Positions 11,901-22,187 of a stretch of DNA of 64,000 nt are shown piece after piece (position 1 is the first letter of the stretch; each line of letters starts with the position of its first letter). The stretch spans positions 1,054,001 to 1,118,000 of the forward strand of contig BROI01000001.1 in NCBI GenBank assembly GCA_027923505.1, in the 5' to 3' direction. The position numbers and the translations under genes were made by a program. Below the pieces are notes generated by a model that saw nothing but the letters and a program-made list of their open reading frames with translations, was not told where the DNA came from and did not search any database. The stretch is from Mayamaea pseudoterrestris (lineage: Eukaryota).

Positions 11901-12975
11901 TGACGCTGGTTATGCACACTTTTATACCCTTAAAAATGATGAAACGGAGAAAGATGCGTCACTCTACATTTCGACGGGCCCAGCTTTGCCCTTTCCAGAC
12001 CTTTGTGTTTGGGACGACGAGGGCGTTTTATGCGCGATTGTGATGTGCAATCGGGTTTCCATCTACATGTCGCAGAGTCCTGAATTTGTTCTACTTGGGT
12101 CGGTTGGCATAAACACCAGCTCAACAATTCAAAATGCCAAATTCATACATGGTGTTTTATATTGCTGCAGTTGGCATTCGGTTTCCTGTGTAATCCTGGG
12201 CGATTTGGACGGTCAGGTGTGCGATGTGGACTGCTACATGCTAACTGCTTCGTCTATCCAAGGCATTCCAGACATTCGTTTTTTGGATGGAGACTACCAT
12301 TCTCTTTCGCCTTCATGCCGTCCTTTACCTCTTGTGCAACCAGCTGTCCTTGGTTATCAGAATGGATCTTTGCTGATTTCGACGGCTCGTGGCGTTTTTG
12401 CACTACCACTTGATCATCCTATCTTGCGCATCGGTCTGCTGCTCGCATCAAATCAGGTGGAACGAGCGACAAAATGGCTCGATGCCATTCCAGACCACGA
12501 CCACGAACCTTTGGCAACATTTCTGGAGCGTCGTGGTCAAGTTGAATTGGCGTTAAAGCATTTGAACGGTTTAAGTCTAGAGACTATCATTGACATGAGC
12601 ATGCGCCACGGTTTCATTGATCGCCTTTGCGAAGTGGTAGAGGAGTTTGGTGTCAAAGGTATCTGCGCTGTGGATTTGGGGCGCGGCTACAGCACGAATG
12701 GCATGTTTGGCCCTGAGCGTGAAAGTCAGAGTTTGCTTGTCTGCGCCGCTGCCTATCTCCTCGGTCATGGAAAGGTCGAAATTGTACGTCGACTGACCAG
12801 CGAGCTACTTCGCACTGATAACGGCAGAGAGGACGCACTATTGCTGGCGACATTGCTGTTACATGTCAATGAACCCGATGCTACAAGACTCATGGGACGT
12901 GCCGTCGAAGGCAATCTCAGCTCCGACTGGGTCATGGGCGCGTTTGTCCGTTATCATGTGCTCAAACAGCCATAG
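8950..12975 (+). CDS. Large WD40/coatomer-like beta-propeller plus alpha-solenoid protein, most similar to TSET/TPLATE subunit TWD40-2 (TTRAY2/TstF)
   Basis: 1341-aa ORF. N-terminal LHPVLPWVAY and a WD-like LVGCSDGSMQCWN. C-terminal LDHPILRIGLLLASNQVERATKWLDAIPDHDHEPLATFLERRG resembles the TWD40-2/beta'-COP solenoid start, as recalled. The true start may be downstream (e.g. 9124). Confidence 0.6.
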   Translation: MSISPRLSQILTPPPMAISSSSLESITGSAAIRSLAAQTSLHQCGFDTGTTSNQVNTSMTSNKGRSGTSDAALSSSATSTTGAAHATQFQSIQRMMTLHPVLPWVAYVLEYTKSHTQQSSSSSSSQHKTLVVQDLQTQQVHWSLTWMDLAACLYQTENTPSKLASAAKSLGSIFALEFVDASTLYWSGMSPTARTRQSSSTAAAAAANSYLPPSAYLLVQTSHRCLVLQLRKSPYSDCIVWTKAEVSSRLLARQALLVSHMEPPSHHGHASTDDDKSTSASSDKILPSSNWLPLSDALYLVGCSDGSMQCWNSRLGQVVKSIRGLGSSSSGADKDWITMLHAANPYHKRSSAASATSGIFGASSGEVEPSAAAASQRRRILAVTKKGLAYLMEIEWHEVSMASVDSLEDDFDDMNMMIEIKPPLARFVGGAGTLSSRDTALMEHQLFHYDAHRDWILWLQPVSPLQPTTSKSKHATTTTAPTLLVWNLKLLEKEIMANAVGGGKSMMKPEPTLTMQFSAAPEDSIMTVLPLQQHTPFNEDTVVCAVVSTNGDFWISAASARSRNTAAIPIFAMHLSNLLQSGADLDHAPIVRIHGLGSQPLSDKSMLALATNLGIIILEIPAATGDRHMHLGAGLGTFGKSLLSVHSNSELVYESLDVLKANPYGIMEPKNPVPVYELRPPVHLPMEYQKRSFRLTPSFIPSPSGLYLCLFNPGEFQYEILHLPSLLQRVGQQRGNATPGGSKPLVASGTGIASFAWVGDEDCFAILHAEEWMNEASMLISAASAINAGEGTPAASSSLLAGVTSTTKMVGGAAALVGGATLNLTKAAKSTTMAAATGASKAATMATTTATKTAVSGFKKGAKLATFGVFSKKKKKGGDDDEGMSTMTDDMEETSANLEMLQVGGAPLPIDTAGSEMRIALKRRYVELKLLILVENSGDPAIGNVPAATTSSIGNLTLRGGGQNLPVALFGGPVLCVASQTDGNDAGYAHFYTLKNDETEKDASLYISTGPALPFPDLCVWDDEGVLCAIVMCNRVSIYMSQSPEFVLLGSVGINTSSTIQNAKFIHGVLYCCSWHSVSCVILGDLDGQVCDVDCYMLTASSIQGIPDIRFLDGDYHSLSPSCRPLPLVQPAVLGYQNGSLLISTARGVFALPLDHPILRIGLLLASNQVERATKWLDAIPDHDHEPLATFLERRGQVELALKHLNGLSLETIIDMSMRHGFIDRLCEVVEEFGVKGICAVDLGRGYSTNGMFGPERESQSLLVCAAAYLLGHGKVEIVRRLTSELLRTDNGREDALLLATLLLHVNEPDATRLMGRAVEGNLSSDWVMGAFVRYHVLKQP

Positions 12976-13103
12976 CTACCGGTACTCTACATACTTACGA
13001 ACCCGACGCTAGAAAACTCATGGGACGTGCCGTCAAAGGCAATCACAGCTCCGACTGGGCCATGGGCGCGTTTGTCCGTGATCATGTGCTCAAACAGCAT
13101 TAG
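12871..13103 (+). repeat. 105-bp direct duplication of the last 35 codons of the upstream gene (12871-12975 and 12999-13103)
   Basis: 96/105 identical with no indels; both copies end in TAG. Confidence 0.95.
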
Positions 13104-13423
13104 TTATAACTCATCAACTCTCTAACGTTGCATGTATGGCGTTGTGCAATACAACCTGTTCAAAGCAGCATGACTTTAAATTGTATGGAAATGGAGCCGC
13201 TACTTAAATTGTCTGAAATTATCGTAACGATTCATGCGTACTTTTACCAAGAGGTAGAGAAGTTAAACGGCAGCAAGTGGATGAACGGTCGACTGTCGCC
13301 CAGTAGGTTATAGTCGTGCTTTTAATATTACCTATAGCTTGCGAATGCGTCTGTTCAGTGTTTTCTCTCGTACATACCCGTCGGTTGTATTGCATTTGTT
13401 GCTGAGTCGCGACGTTATGGCTG

Positions 13424-13509
13424 AACAAACATGGATACCATATGGCACAGCAAAGCTCAAGTAGCCAGCCCAGATATGCAGCCGTCAAGGATGAACCGGA
13501 GACCATCTG
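13424..13509 (-). pseudogene. Decayed fragment of a ferric reductase paralog (equivalent of exon 4)
   Basis: Minus strand reads cag|a WSPVHP*RLHIWAGYLSF versus the intact cag|a WSPIHALRIHIWAGYCSF (6857-6914). 44/58 nt identical, same acceptor phase, in-frame TGA. Confidence 0.75.
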
Positions 13510-13805
13510 AAAAATAAGCGGCAATAGGTACCGTGATGACGGGTGACATGTAAGATTTGAGCAAAGGCAATCAGCATGTCGAATGTTGATCGCTCGTGGA
13601 TGGGCGAGGGATGCAATACCGATAGGTGTTGCAGCGCAATCGCCTCCTGAGATACATTGCTGGCAGCGAGAACAGGCTCCTATTAATAGTTTGATGAATC
13701 ATGGCAAGTATAAGAAATTTGTGACGCTGCTGTAACAGGTATCGCAGCCATCATGAACGATGACAATCTTCTAGTCGCACGCGAATGCAAAATGATCGAT
13801 GCGTG

Positions 13806-13838
13806 TGACGCTGCGTCATTCTGACGTCATTGTGACGT
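13806..13838. promoter_or_regulatory. Cluster of TGACG (CRE/CCRE-like bZIP) sites
   Basis: TGACGC, GCGTCA, TGACGTCA and TGACGT within 33 bp. Confidence 0.35.
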
Positions 13839-13993
13839 TTTGAAGATACCCACACCCTTCATGCATCACATCTACGGCGTGAATTGAGATTGCGCATAGT
13901 AATCCCGCCGACTACCTCGGCTAAGCCAGCGAAAGGTTAGCATAAATCGTTATGATCCTTCTAGTATTTTATCACGCAATCAGTTATCTATAA

Positions 13994-15774
13994 TTAACTC
14001 TTGTGCTCCGTCTCTTCGTCTCGCTCCATGGCATTCCACTTGAATCCAATGGATTCTAAAAGTCGCATTCGTTCAAGCGTCATGTGAGTAGGCTGGTTAT
14101 CTTGATACTGCTTGAATTGTGACCTTTGAGTACTGACCTGTGTTAAATGTGTGAGAGTCCTTCTGAGATAGCAGTAGAATAATGAACGTTTCGTTAACAT
14201 TTTGCGTACTTACCCATCTTCCCAGTGCAGGATTCTCTGCAAACTTGGTAGGAACTTCAGAAAGGACGCGGAATCGGTGATTAAGTTAGAGTGAGTTTGA
14301 TTTGGACGTGTAGATGCAACGACAAGATGTACAATGCCTACTTACCTCTGCAGTGCCCATTCTGTTGTGCATATTCCTGCAACTGAGCAAACCGAGTGTC
14401 CCACGAAGGTTGCCCTTTGCGTTTCGCCCACGAGAAGCCAATGTCGTTCAGCGCTTGCTGCTTGGCGGCGGTCATGCTTGACTTCAGCCCTTCTTGTTTA
14501 AATTTTGCTTCCATACGTTGTTTGTTGACCCATATACCCAGTGCAGGATTCAAAGAATACTTCTGTGGCACGGCACAATCGCCCCATAACTCCTTGTAGG
14601 CAATCAGGTCCGACAGCCGTTGGTACCACACAATTAGTGCCGCCTTTGCTCGAGGAGTTTTGGCATCTTCGAGTTCTTTGGACGAAGGCAGGCGCTGCGT
14701 TACGCGGGTAACGTTATCTTCATTCGGCTTTGACGGCGGTTTGGCGAGCTGCTTCTTCTTCAAGGCAGCAGCTCGTTGTCTGGCAGCTCCTCGCCTCGCA
14801 TTCAAAGGCGTCGGAAGTGTTCCCAGCGGAGGCTCGCGCGAGTCGCTCTGCCTTATGTCTTCTGCAAACATCGGAGGAACGTGTTCAAAAACCTCATTCC
14901 CACCTAATCGATACTCAATAGGATAACGCGGTGGCGGGGGCGGGTACATGCCATACGACCCAACTGGGGAGGAGTATTCCGGACGAAAATGTGAAATTGC
15001 GTATCCCGGAGTCGGCATTGCGTCTTGCATTGCATACTGCGATAAAGGCAAACGTTCCGCCTTGGGCAATGCATCATATTCATCATACGTATGAAGCTTG
15101 TTCTCGCTATCTTCATTGGCTTGGATGACCGAGAATGTGCTTTCCGTTGCCCCAACAAAAGAGCCAGTGGCGCTAGAGTCTCGCTTATGGTTCCGTTCGT
15201 TGGGCTGAGCGGCAGGTTTTTGGTATTGCTCATCGGCATCATCTCGCGCGGCATGAGAATCAATATTGTGGCTCTCTTGTTCCTCGTGGGTCGCATCTGC
15301 GGTGGCGACGGGATCGTTGTCGAGATCGCAAAAGGGCGAGTTGTCAAATGCACTGTAAGTTCCGACATCATGACATGGTCCTCCAAGATGTTGATGAGGA
15401 GAATGAAGATATTGTTCGGCGCCCACAGAAGCTGGCTCGGGCGAATGAGTAACGAGACTGCCATCATCACGGTACATGTGATAGAGCTGTGGCGCGTATC
15501 CCATTGCTCGTTCCTGCGCCTCAAGCATACCGCCCACCCACGCCTCCCGGTTCATGGCAACTACAACGTTCTTGTCAACTGCAGGCGGATGTGCCGTGGT
15601 CGTATCCATTGATAATGTCACGTCCTGAAGTTGTGTCTCGAATCTACACGGGTGAACACTCCTCCAATGGAGAAACATTCGTCGGAGGAAGCCATTGACA
15701 TCTTTTTCGGCCACGAGAGCGACAAGGTCGTCCATACTTTCGCGTTCTTGAGTGAGGCATCGGCTTTCCTTCAT
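13994..15774 (-). CDS. Helicase-associated (HA) domain protein with two C-terminal HA repeats; 3 exons (15774-14346, 14254-14214, 14137-13994)
   Basis: WYQRLSDLIAYKELWGDCAVPQKY..LGIWVNKQR..LNDIGFSW, and spliced WDTRFAQLQEYAQQNGHCRVPTKFAENPALGRWVSTQR..LESIGFKW. Start uncertain (15774, 15735 or 15609). Confidence 0.88.
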
Positions 15775-16213
15775 AAGTATCAAGCGAGTTCTTTGAATGT
15801 AGGAGTGTGCCTATGCCTCTTTGTTTGGGCTTGGAGAATGCTCCGAGACTGTTTCTAGCGACCGCCATTATCATGTGATAAAAATTTCGCGATGGATTGT
15901 GTATGGGACAGACGCGTTGCTTCCCTCAAAAGCTGCAGCTGGCCCTCCCAGATTATGCTTTACTGATGGTTCTCAACTGACTTGAGAGAGGTGCAGCATT
16001 GGAATGTATTCGGTGTTTGCCGCGTCACTGTGTCACTTGAAGCGGTTGCGTGGGGGCCGCGGTGCCCCACTGCAGATCGCTGCATAAGTGATGATATAAG
16101 GCGAATACATCAAATGAGATCCAATTGATACAAATATATTTAGTATTTAGTTGCTTTCCATGTTTACACACCGAAAACCTTGTTGCCGCACGGAAGTCGA
16201 TCCGTTTTAGATT

Positions 16214-16774
16214 TCACAGCTTGCCTTCGTTCTCGTCCTTGAGCGCCGCTTGAACCGCATTCCATGCAATAGAATTGCAGTGCAAAGTAGACGAAATATT
16301 AACCGACGAGCAATCATCAATGATGAAATGAATTCCACGCGGCTCGTCGTCCTCGTCGTCGCTCCATTCCATGTCGACGTCATTCTCATCCTCGTCGTCC
16401 GCGTGCTGGTCGAAAATACTTTCAAGACTAAGTGTTTGCAGTCGCTCATTGTTTCGAAACGAGCGCACTCTATCGCGGTGATATGGATCGTTATTCCATG
16501 CCTGCTGGCTTGGAGAATAGTAATAGTCAATCACTTCTTTGTACGAGTTGTTCTTGTCCACGAGCAGCAACGACGATGACAAGTCCGCCATGACAGAAAC
16601 GGGTGATTGTGGTGAACTTGCAGCTTCAGCCCTTATTATTTCGACGCCCTCTTGATCAGCTTCAGCCTCATAGTTATTTTCTTGCTTGAAGGAAGTCATG
16701 TCGGAATAGTGAGTAGCAGAGGATGATGCTAGACAGCCGATTAATTGTGAGCGCTCAAGGAAGGAGCAAGTCAT
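16214..16774 (-). CDS. Hypothetical acidic protein
   Basis: About 186-aa ORF from the ATG at 16774, Asp/Glu-rich; no recognised domain. Confidence 0.5.
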   Translation of the reverse strand: MTCSFLERSQLIGCLASSSATHYSDMTSFKQENNYEAEADQEGVEIIRAEAASSPQSPVSVMADLSSSLLLVDKNNSYKEVIDYYYSPSQQAWNNDPYHRDRVRSFRNNERLQTLSLESIFDQHADDEDENDVDMEWSDDEDDEPRGIHFIIDDCSSVNISSTLHCNSIAWNAVQAALKDENEGKL

Positions 16775-17545
16775 GTTGCTATATGGTGTCTTCGGTTGAT
16801 GATGTCGATCATGAAGGTTCACCAAGTGATCTCGACTGTCTTGTTGGATCGAGGTGATCTTGCTGATACAAGAGGTTGACTAGGATGCAATTGAGAGACG
16901 GCAAACGGCTGTGGCCTTGTGGGGTCTTGCATGGATCTTGTGAGCGCAAGATGTGTGGATCTGTCTCAAAAATCCACGAGCGAGCCCGTCACACGACTCA
17001 ATCATTCACATGCGAGAACTTTATTACCGATACGACAAATTTGAAATTTTAAGTTGCCGATTTCCAAATCAACGAGCAATAATGGACTGTGTGACTTCGT
17101 CTGTACGAGGAAACCCTTCAGGTTTGTGCTGCATTTTCATACAACCCATATGGATCTTTGAGAGCATGATTCAGTTCCAGTTGCAACATCCGTTTAGTTT
17201 GAAATTAGGACGTGGGCATGGGACGTTGCGGCACGGCCACACGACGGCGATGAGCGATGTGAACAAGACGACTCTACGTGGCTTCAACTACAAAATACCT
17301 CACCAAGCGTTAATATCAGCGATATTGAAGCTCCTTCATGTAGCTTGCTAGCTAAATTGGTAAACGCCCGGACTCCGTTTTGCCTTTGCAACGTGGGGTG
17401 GGCTCAATTTCGACTTTCGACCATGGCCTTCGCTGAAAATTGACAGAAGCGTCAGTTGCCCATCACGCCAGTCCAATGAAATCAGCGTGGCGCGATGAAC
17501 CATTACAAGCAATCGAGCACCATTGACCAACAATAATAAAGCAAG

Positions 17546-18358
17546 ATGAAAGATCTCAACGAAACCGACCGAATGGCAGCCGACGAAGCGGAAAAGCCTG
17601 CAAAACGATCCAAGACTGCAGGTATAGAAGAAGAGGGAATCAATCTTCCACTGCAAGTTCGCACTGTAGCGCTATGTGTCAATCGTTGCTTTCAAGAACC
17701 TGGGTTGACGAAGATCATCCAGGGATACTATGCGGGCGTGCTGATGGAAGATGCGTTCCAGAGAGTGAGAGCCGCGTGTCTATCTCTCGCCTTTGCAAAT
17801 GCGGTTGACAGTCGAGTTCTCTCCATTCACCAAGAACTTTTGAGTTATCTTCATTACTATGCGGAGAGTATCACGTTCAATTCAAGTTTGATGGATTGTT
17901 TATTGTGTCGGCAGTGGTGGTGGCTGCTGACTCAATCGACGGTGCGTCATGAGCTCATCATGACATTGATTGGCCCATTAGTTGAAGCAAGCAGGCGCTC
18001 GATGTTTGAGCTTGGGATAAAACTTGTCTTTGTCATTGAGGCGTACTTTGATCCTTTGGAGCACGGACGTCCACCTGGCGAAGCCATGACGCAATGGAAC
18101 CGGAGTTTTGTTGGACACCTCTGTTCCTTGAATGCTATAGACACTGTACTTGATGTTGCTGACAATATGCGAGCACATGTCGATGTTGCAGAGGAGGGAA
18201 GTAAGGCTCGTTCGGTTTTCGGCGTGTTGAACGTGATGTCTGCTGTTCGGCTGTCCTTGCGGCAGGATGACCCGTCCCATGAGTTACTCACTCGGCTCCA
18301 ATCTCGTCTGGAACGAGTGGAGATAGAGTTTGCTGATTTCCTACCGGCAAGGGACTGA
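17546..18358 (+). CDS. Hypothetical helical protein
   Basis: 270-aa ATG-initiated ORF with an NLS-like KPAKRSK; no recognised domain. Confidence 0.6.
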   Translation: MKDLNETDRMAADEAEKPAKRSKTAGIEEEGINLPLQVRTVALCVNRCFQEPGLTKIIQGYYAGVLMEDAFQRVRAACLSLAFANAVDSRVLSIHQELLSYLHYYAESITFNSSLMDCLLCRQWWWLLTQSTVRHELIMTLIGPLVEASRRSMFELGIKLVFVIEAYFDPLEHGRPPGEAMTQWNRSFVGHLCSLNAIDTVLDVADNMRAHVDVAEEGSKARSVFGVLNVMSAVRLSLRQDDPSHELLTRLQSRLERVEIEFADFLPARD

Positions 18359-18611
18359 CGGACATGATGGCATGCCATCGTGGAGACAATGATGACTTAT
18401 TTAAAACTATGGTCATCGTTCTTGCGTCGTGCATAGTAACATTTATTAACGTCAATCTCAAGGCATACGGAGGATAGCTAACGATCATGCGACGTACGTA
18501 CCGCGCAAAACCTTTGCGACAGTTGCTGAAGACCAAGCAAACCGATGAACGAGGAAATGGCGCATCACCATGTTGTCACTTTTCGCTTGAGCATCTATTT
18601 TACATGGAGGC

Positions 18612-20986
18612 ATGAAGCGACCTAGACCATATGAAAATATAAGCACTAATACTCAACGAGCAAACAATAATTCATTGTCGCGTTGTAACGTTGCACTTGT
18701 CATTTGGTTCTGCAGCCTTGCTTCGATAGACGCATTCACCTCGCCGTCGACTCACGCATTTACAACCGCGTTTGATCGGCCATCTATCCATCAGTCGCGA
18801 CGTTTGTCAAGTACCGTCTCTGTAGAATCGTCACTTGAGTCGCTGACCGTCAAAGAGCTCCGAGAGCTAGTCAAGCAACGAACAGATTTCGAGCGGGGCG
18901 TCATGTCGCGTTTGAAGCGAAAGCAGGATCTCATTGACTACTTGAGCACTACGGAAACGAGTAACCATGACGAACCACAAGCAAAGATTGCTGACGAGAT
19001 GCAAGTTGAGATTGAAAATTTAGAAGAAATTGCCGTTGGATCTGCTGTAGTACCATTAATTGGAAATGAAGATGCTCCACGCAAAGTCGTTGAAGAGACA
19101 TCCAGTCAACAGGCGAAACGACTTCCCATCAAACATCTTCCATTGCCCGACTCTGCGTCAGTCAGTTCTACTGATACTATTTTGACTGCCAAGGATATCA
19201 TTCTACAGGATGTCTATCGACGATATCCGCCAGTCGGGGAGGAAGCTGAAGCAGCTGCCCTGCTGCATGCATCGATTGAAGCCATTGAATCTTGCAACAA
19301 TGAAACATCCTTTACCACTGACATTAGACAAAACTATCATCCCATGCTACAAGCTATTCGCAACGTCTCAGCCACGTCCGACATGGATCTTGTCTTTATT
19401 GGAACGGCAAGCTGTACTCCAGGAGTAACCCGAGGCGTGTCATGCACGGCACTTCGGCTCAATTGGAAGCGTAAAGCAAGTACGTTGGCCTTCCAAGACG
19501 GCAAGGTGCAAGCGCAATCAAAAGTCGATGCCTCTGGACAAGGTTTTCAGGGTGGGACTTGGTTGTTTGACGTCGGTGAATGTACTCAGGTAAGCCGATG
19601 AGTAGTATGCTAAATATCACTTCCATCGACGAAAAGAGGCTAATGATTAAACTAAAGATGCTGGCACCCGTCCGAGAGTGCTATTCTCATTGTGCTCGTT
19701 GCGGATTCTCTTCTTGCTTTTTTATATGAGGCCTTTTTCAAGACATGCCTTGTTACATGTTGATTACTATTATATTTAACATTGCCTCACCCGCGCCTCA
19801 CCTACTTTTATACCAGCTTCAAGTGCAACGAACCAGTTGCATTCGGCCGAGCAAGATTACCAAGATATTTTTAACGCATGCACACGGCGATCATTCTTTT
19901 GGGCTGCCTGGCTTACTATGCCTCATGGGCCAAGATCGCGACCGCGACTCCAACGGACCACCCATTGAAATTTACGGACCTGAAGGCTTGCGCATGTGGC
20001 TACGAGTCGCTATTCGATACAGTGTCAGCCGCATCGTTCCACCATATCGTGTCCATGAAGTTATGAATGTGCCCATGGCACCCGAGTGGGAATATTCGCA
20101 TCGCTCTCGGCGATTTTATCGTCGCGCATGGACAGGCAAGGAGGCGAGCATGCCATGGGTTCCAAAGGGATTGGCTGGCGAGGATGGAATTAATTGGATC
20201 TCCCAGGCAAATCGGCTTGACCTTGAACCTTCATCCATGTACGGCGAGATTGATGGAGGCCGAAACATTTATCCCATAAATGATCATCCTCGGTCAGTTG
20301 GCGGTGCGCCGGTTTGGGAGATTGAAGATGAAGGCGACGTCAAAGTTTTTGCGGCTCCCATGAGCCATGGAATTCCATGCTTGGGATACGCTGTCGAGGA
20401 GCTACCTCGAGCTGGTCGATTACGAAACGAGCTGGTGGCACCAATGGTGAAGCGTAATTTTGCGGCTCTGAAGGATGCTGGATTCAAGGTGCCAATGAAA
20501 GCCTTGGCTGTTATCAAGGATTTATCGATTGGCAGTTCCTTCACATTTCCCGATGGCACTGTGATTACACAAGAGGAAGCATTAGAGCCGCCTCGGCCGG
20601 GCCGCAAAGTTGTAGTTTGCGGCGACACGGCCGATGCTCGAGCCTTGCATAAACTTGCGCAGGGAGCAGACGTGGTTGTTCACGAAGCAACCAACAGCTA
20701 TCTGTCTGGTGTCGATAAAGATACAAATTTACGAGAAGTTACGCGTGACGCTGTGCTGCACGGCCATTCGACGCCTCATTTGGCTGGTGACTTTGCCCGC
20801 GCCGTTGAGGCTAAGCGATTGGTTCTAAACCATTTTTCGGCGCGCTATAAGGGCGACGTTTCGGCCGATTCGTTGTCCATAATGATGCGGATTGAACGTC
20901 AAGCAATCAAGACATCCAAGCTGGATGAAACACAAGTGGCAGCAGCTTGGGATCTCATGGTGGTGCCCATTCCTCGGCGGCGTTGA
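18612..20986 (+). CDS. rnz: Ribonuclease Z (short-form tRNase Z, metallo-beta-lactamase) with probable plastid presequence and N-terminal SAP/Rho-N-like domain; 2 exons (18612-19589, 19817-20986)
   Basis: FIGTASCTPGVTRGVSCTAL, WLFDVGECTQ|LQ, IFLTHAHGDHSFGLPG, CGDT, VHEAT, HST, LNHFSARY. Intron 19590-19816. Signal ends in IDA-FT. Confidence 0.92.
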
Positions 20987-21092
20987 GTGCCGCTTTACTG
21001 TCAAGTATTTATAGAAACATTTATAACATCTTCCTGTATAAAGTCAATAGCATTTTCATCATCTTATTATGCTTGTTATAATTTGACATGTA

Positions 21093-22187
21093 TTAAACAA
21101 TAATGAACGTTGCCGCCGTCGCAAGCATTGTCATGACAACCATCAACCATGCACATCCACTGACTGCAGCCGCTCCACTCAGCTCCTGAATGGTTCCATC
21201 GCCTGCACCCGTTGGCGATGCGGTTGGTTTTCCAGCTCCGCCCTCGCAAAAGGCACATTGCTCTCCCGAGTAGTCGCAACCCAAGCTGCAAGTGCCGTTG
21301 CAGTTGCCTCCGCAGTCGATCGTCACGCATGTTGCAAAGATGAATGGGTCTGGGACAGCAGTTTCATTAGTAGTGTTTGTCATAATTGTAGCATTCGCCT
21401 CATCCTGCAACCAACGACGCATCGCAACCGTCTCTAAAGCGGTTGGAGCCGTCGTTAGAAAGGGTGATATGACCGTGCCGGCTGGAGTAGGACCGGCAGT
21501 GGCCGCTGACACTGTCTCGTTGGTAAGCGCGCCATCAGTCGCTGCAGTTGGAGTTTGCGTCATGCTGCCAGTTGTTGGAGGTTGCGTCATGCTCGTTGAC
21601 GTTGGAGCCATGGTCATTGAAATGGATGGCGCCATTGTCGTTTCAGCCGTGGATGGCGGCATGGTTTGATCGGCCGTGCCAATGTCTCCTTCACTGCTCG
21701 GCGCCATGCTTGGGGCTTCCGATGGAAGGTACCTGCTGCAATCCAAACTCAGCGATGAGCTTCCAAAATCAATGGGGCAAACTGTACAAGGACAGTTCTT
21801 GGGAATCTTGCTTGTATTCGATGGCGTGATCAAGACGCTGCAGCTGCATCCATTCGCACGTCGGAAGTCAAACTGCGCCACGCCCAGCTCGCAAACAACT
21901 GTGGCATTCAAATCGACATAATCTTCCGGCGTTCCGACTCGCTGATGAATGAGACAAGCAAACTCCAAGCCGCCCTGGGTGTAACAGTCCGAGCTCGGGG
22001 CAATCAAGTCGGGCAAGGTGCCTCCCGATGTCTGAAGGGCCCGAGGTGACTGCTCGCGCAAGTAGGCGGACCGAAAGTCATGAAACTGGAGTGCCGCATG
22101 GGTTGCTCTTGGAGAATTCAATAAGAGGGCAAGAGCGATTAACAGTAGAGACATCCACGACGAGGTTGCCGCTGAAACGGTGAGCAT
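21093..22187 (-). CDS. Secreted Cys-rich, Thr/Pro-rich surface protein with hydrophobic C-terminus (GPI-anchor-like)
   Basis: Signal peptide, two Cys-rich domains flanking a TMAPS/SMTQ repeat stalk, RXL motifs RALQ and RWLQ, hydrophobic tail. Confidence 0.8.
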   Translation of the reverse strand: MLTVSAATSSWMSLLLIALALLLNSPRATHAALQFHDFRSAYLREQSPRALQTSGGTLPDLIAPSSDCYTQGGLEFACLIHQRVGTPEDYVDLNATVVCELGVAQFDFRRANGCSCSVLITPSNTSKIPKNCPCTVCPIDFGSSSLSLDCSRYLPSEAPSMAPSSEGDIGTADQTMPPSTAETTMAPSISMTMAPTSTSMTQPPTTGSMTQTPTAATDGALTNETVSAATAGPTPAGTVISPFLTTAPTALETVAMRRWLQDEANATIMTNTTNETAVPDPFIFATCVTIDCGGNCNGTCSLGCDYSGEQCAFCEGGAGKPTASPTGAGDGTIQELSGAAAVSGCAWLMVVMTMLATAATFIIV

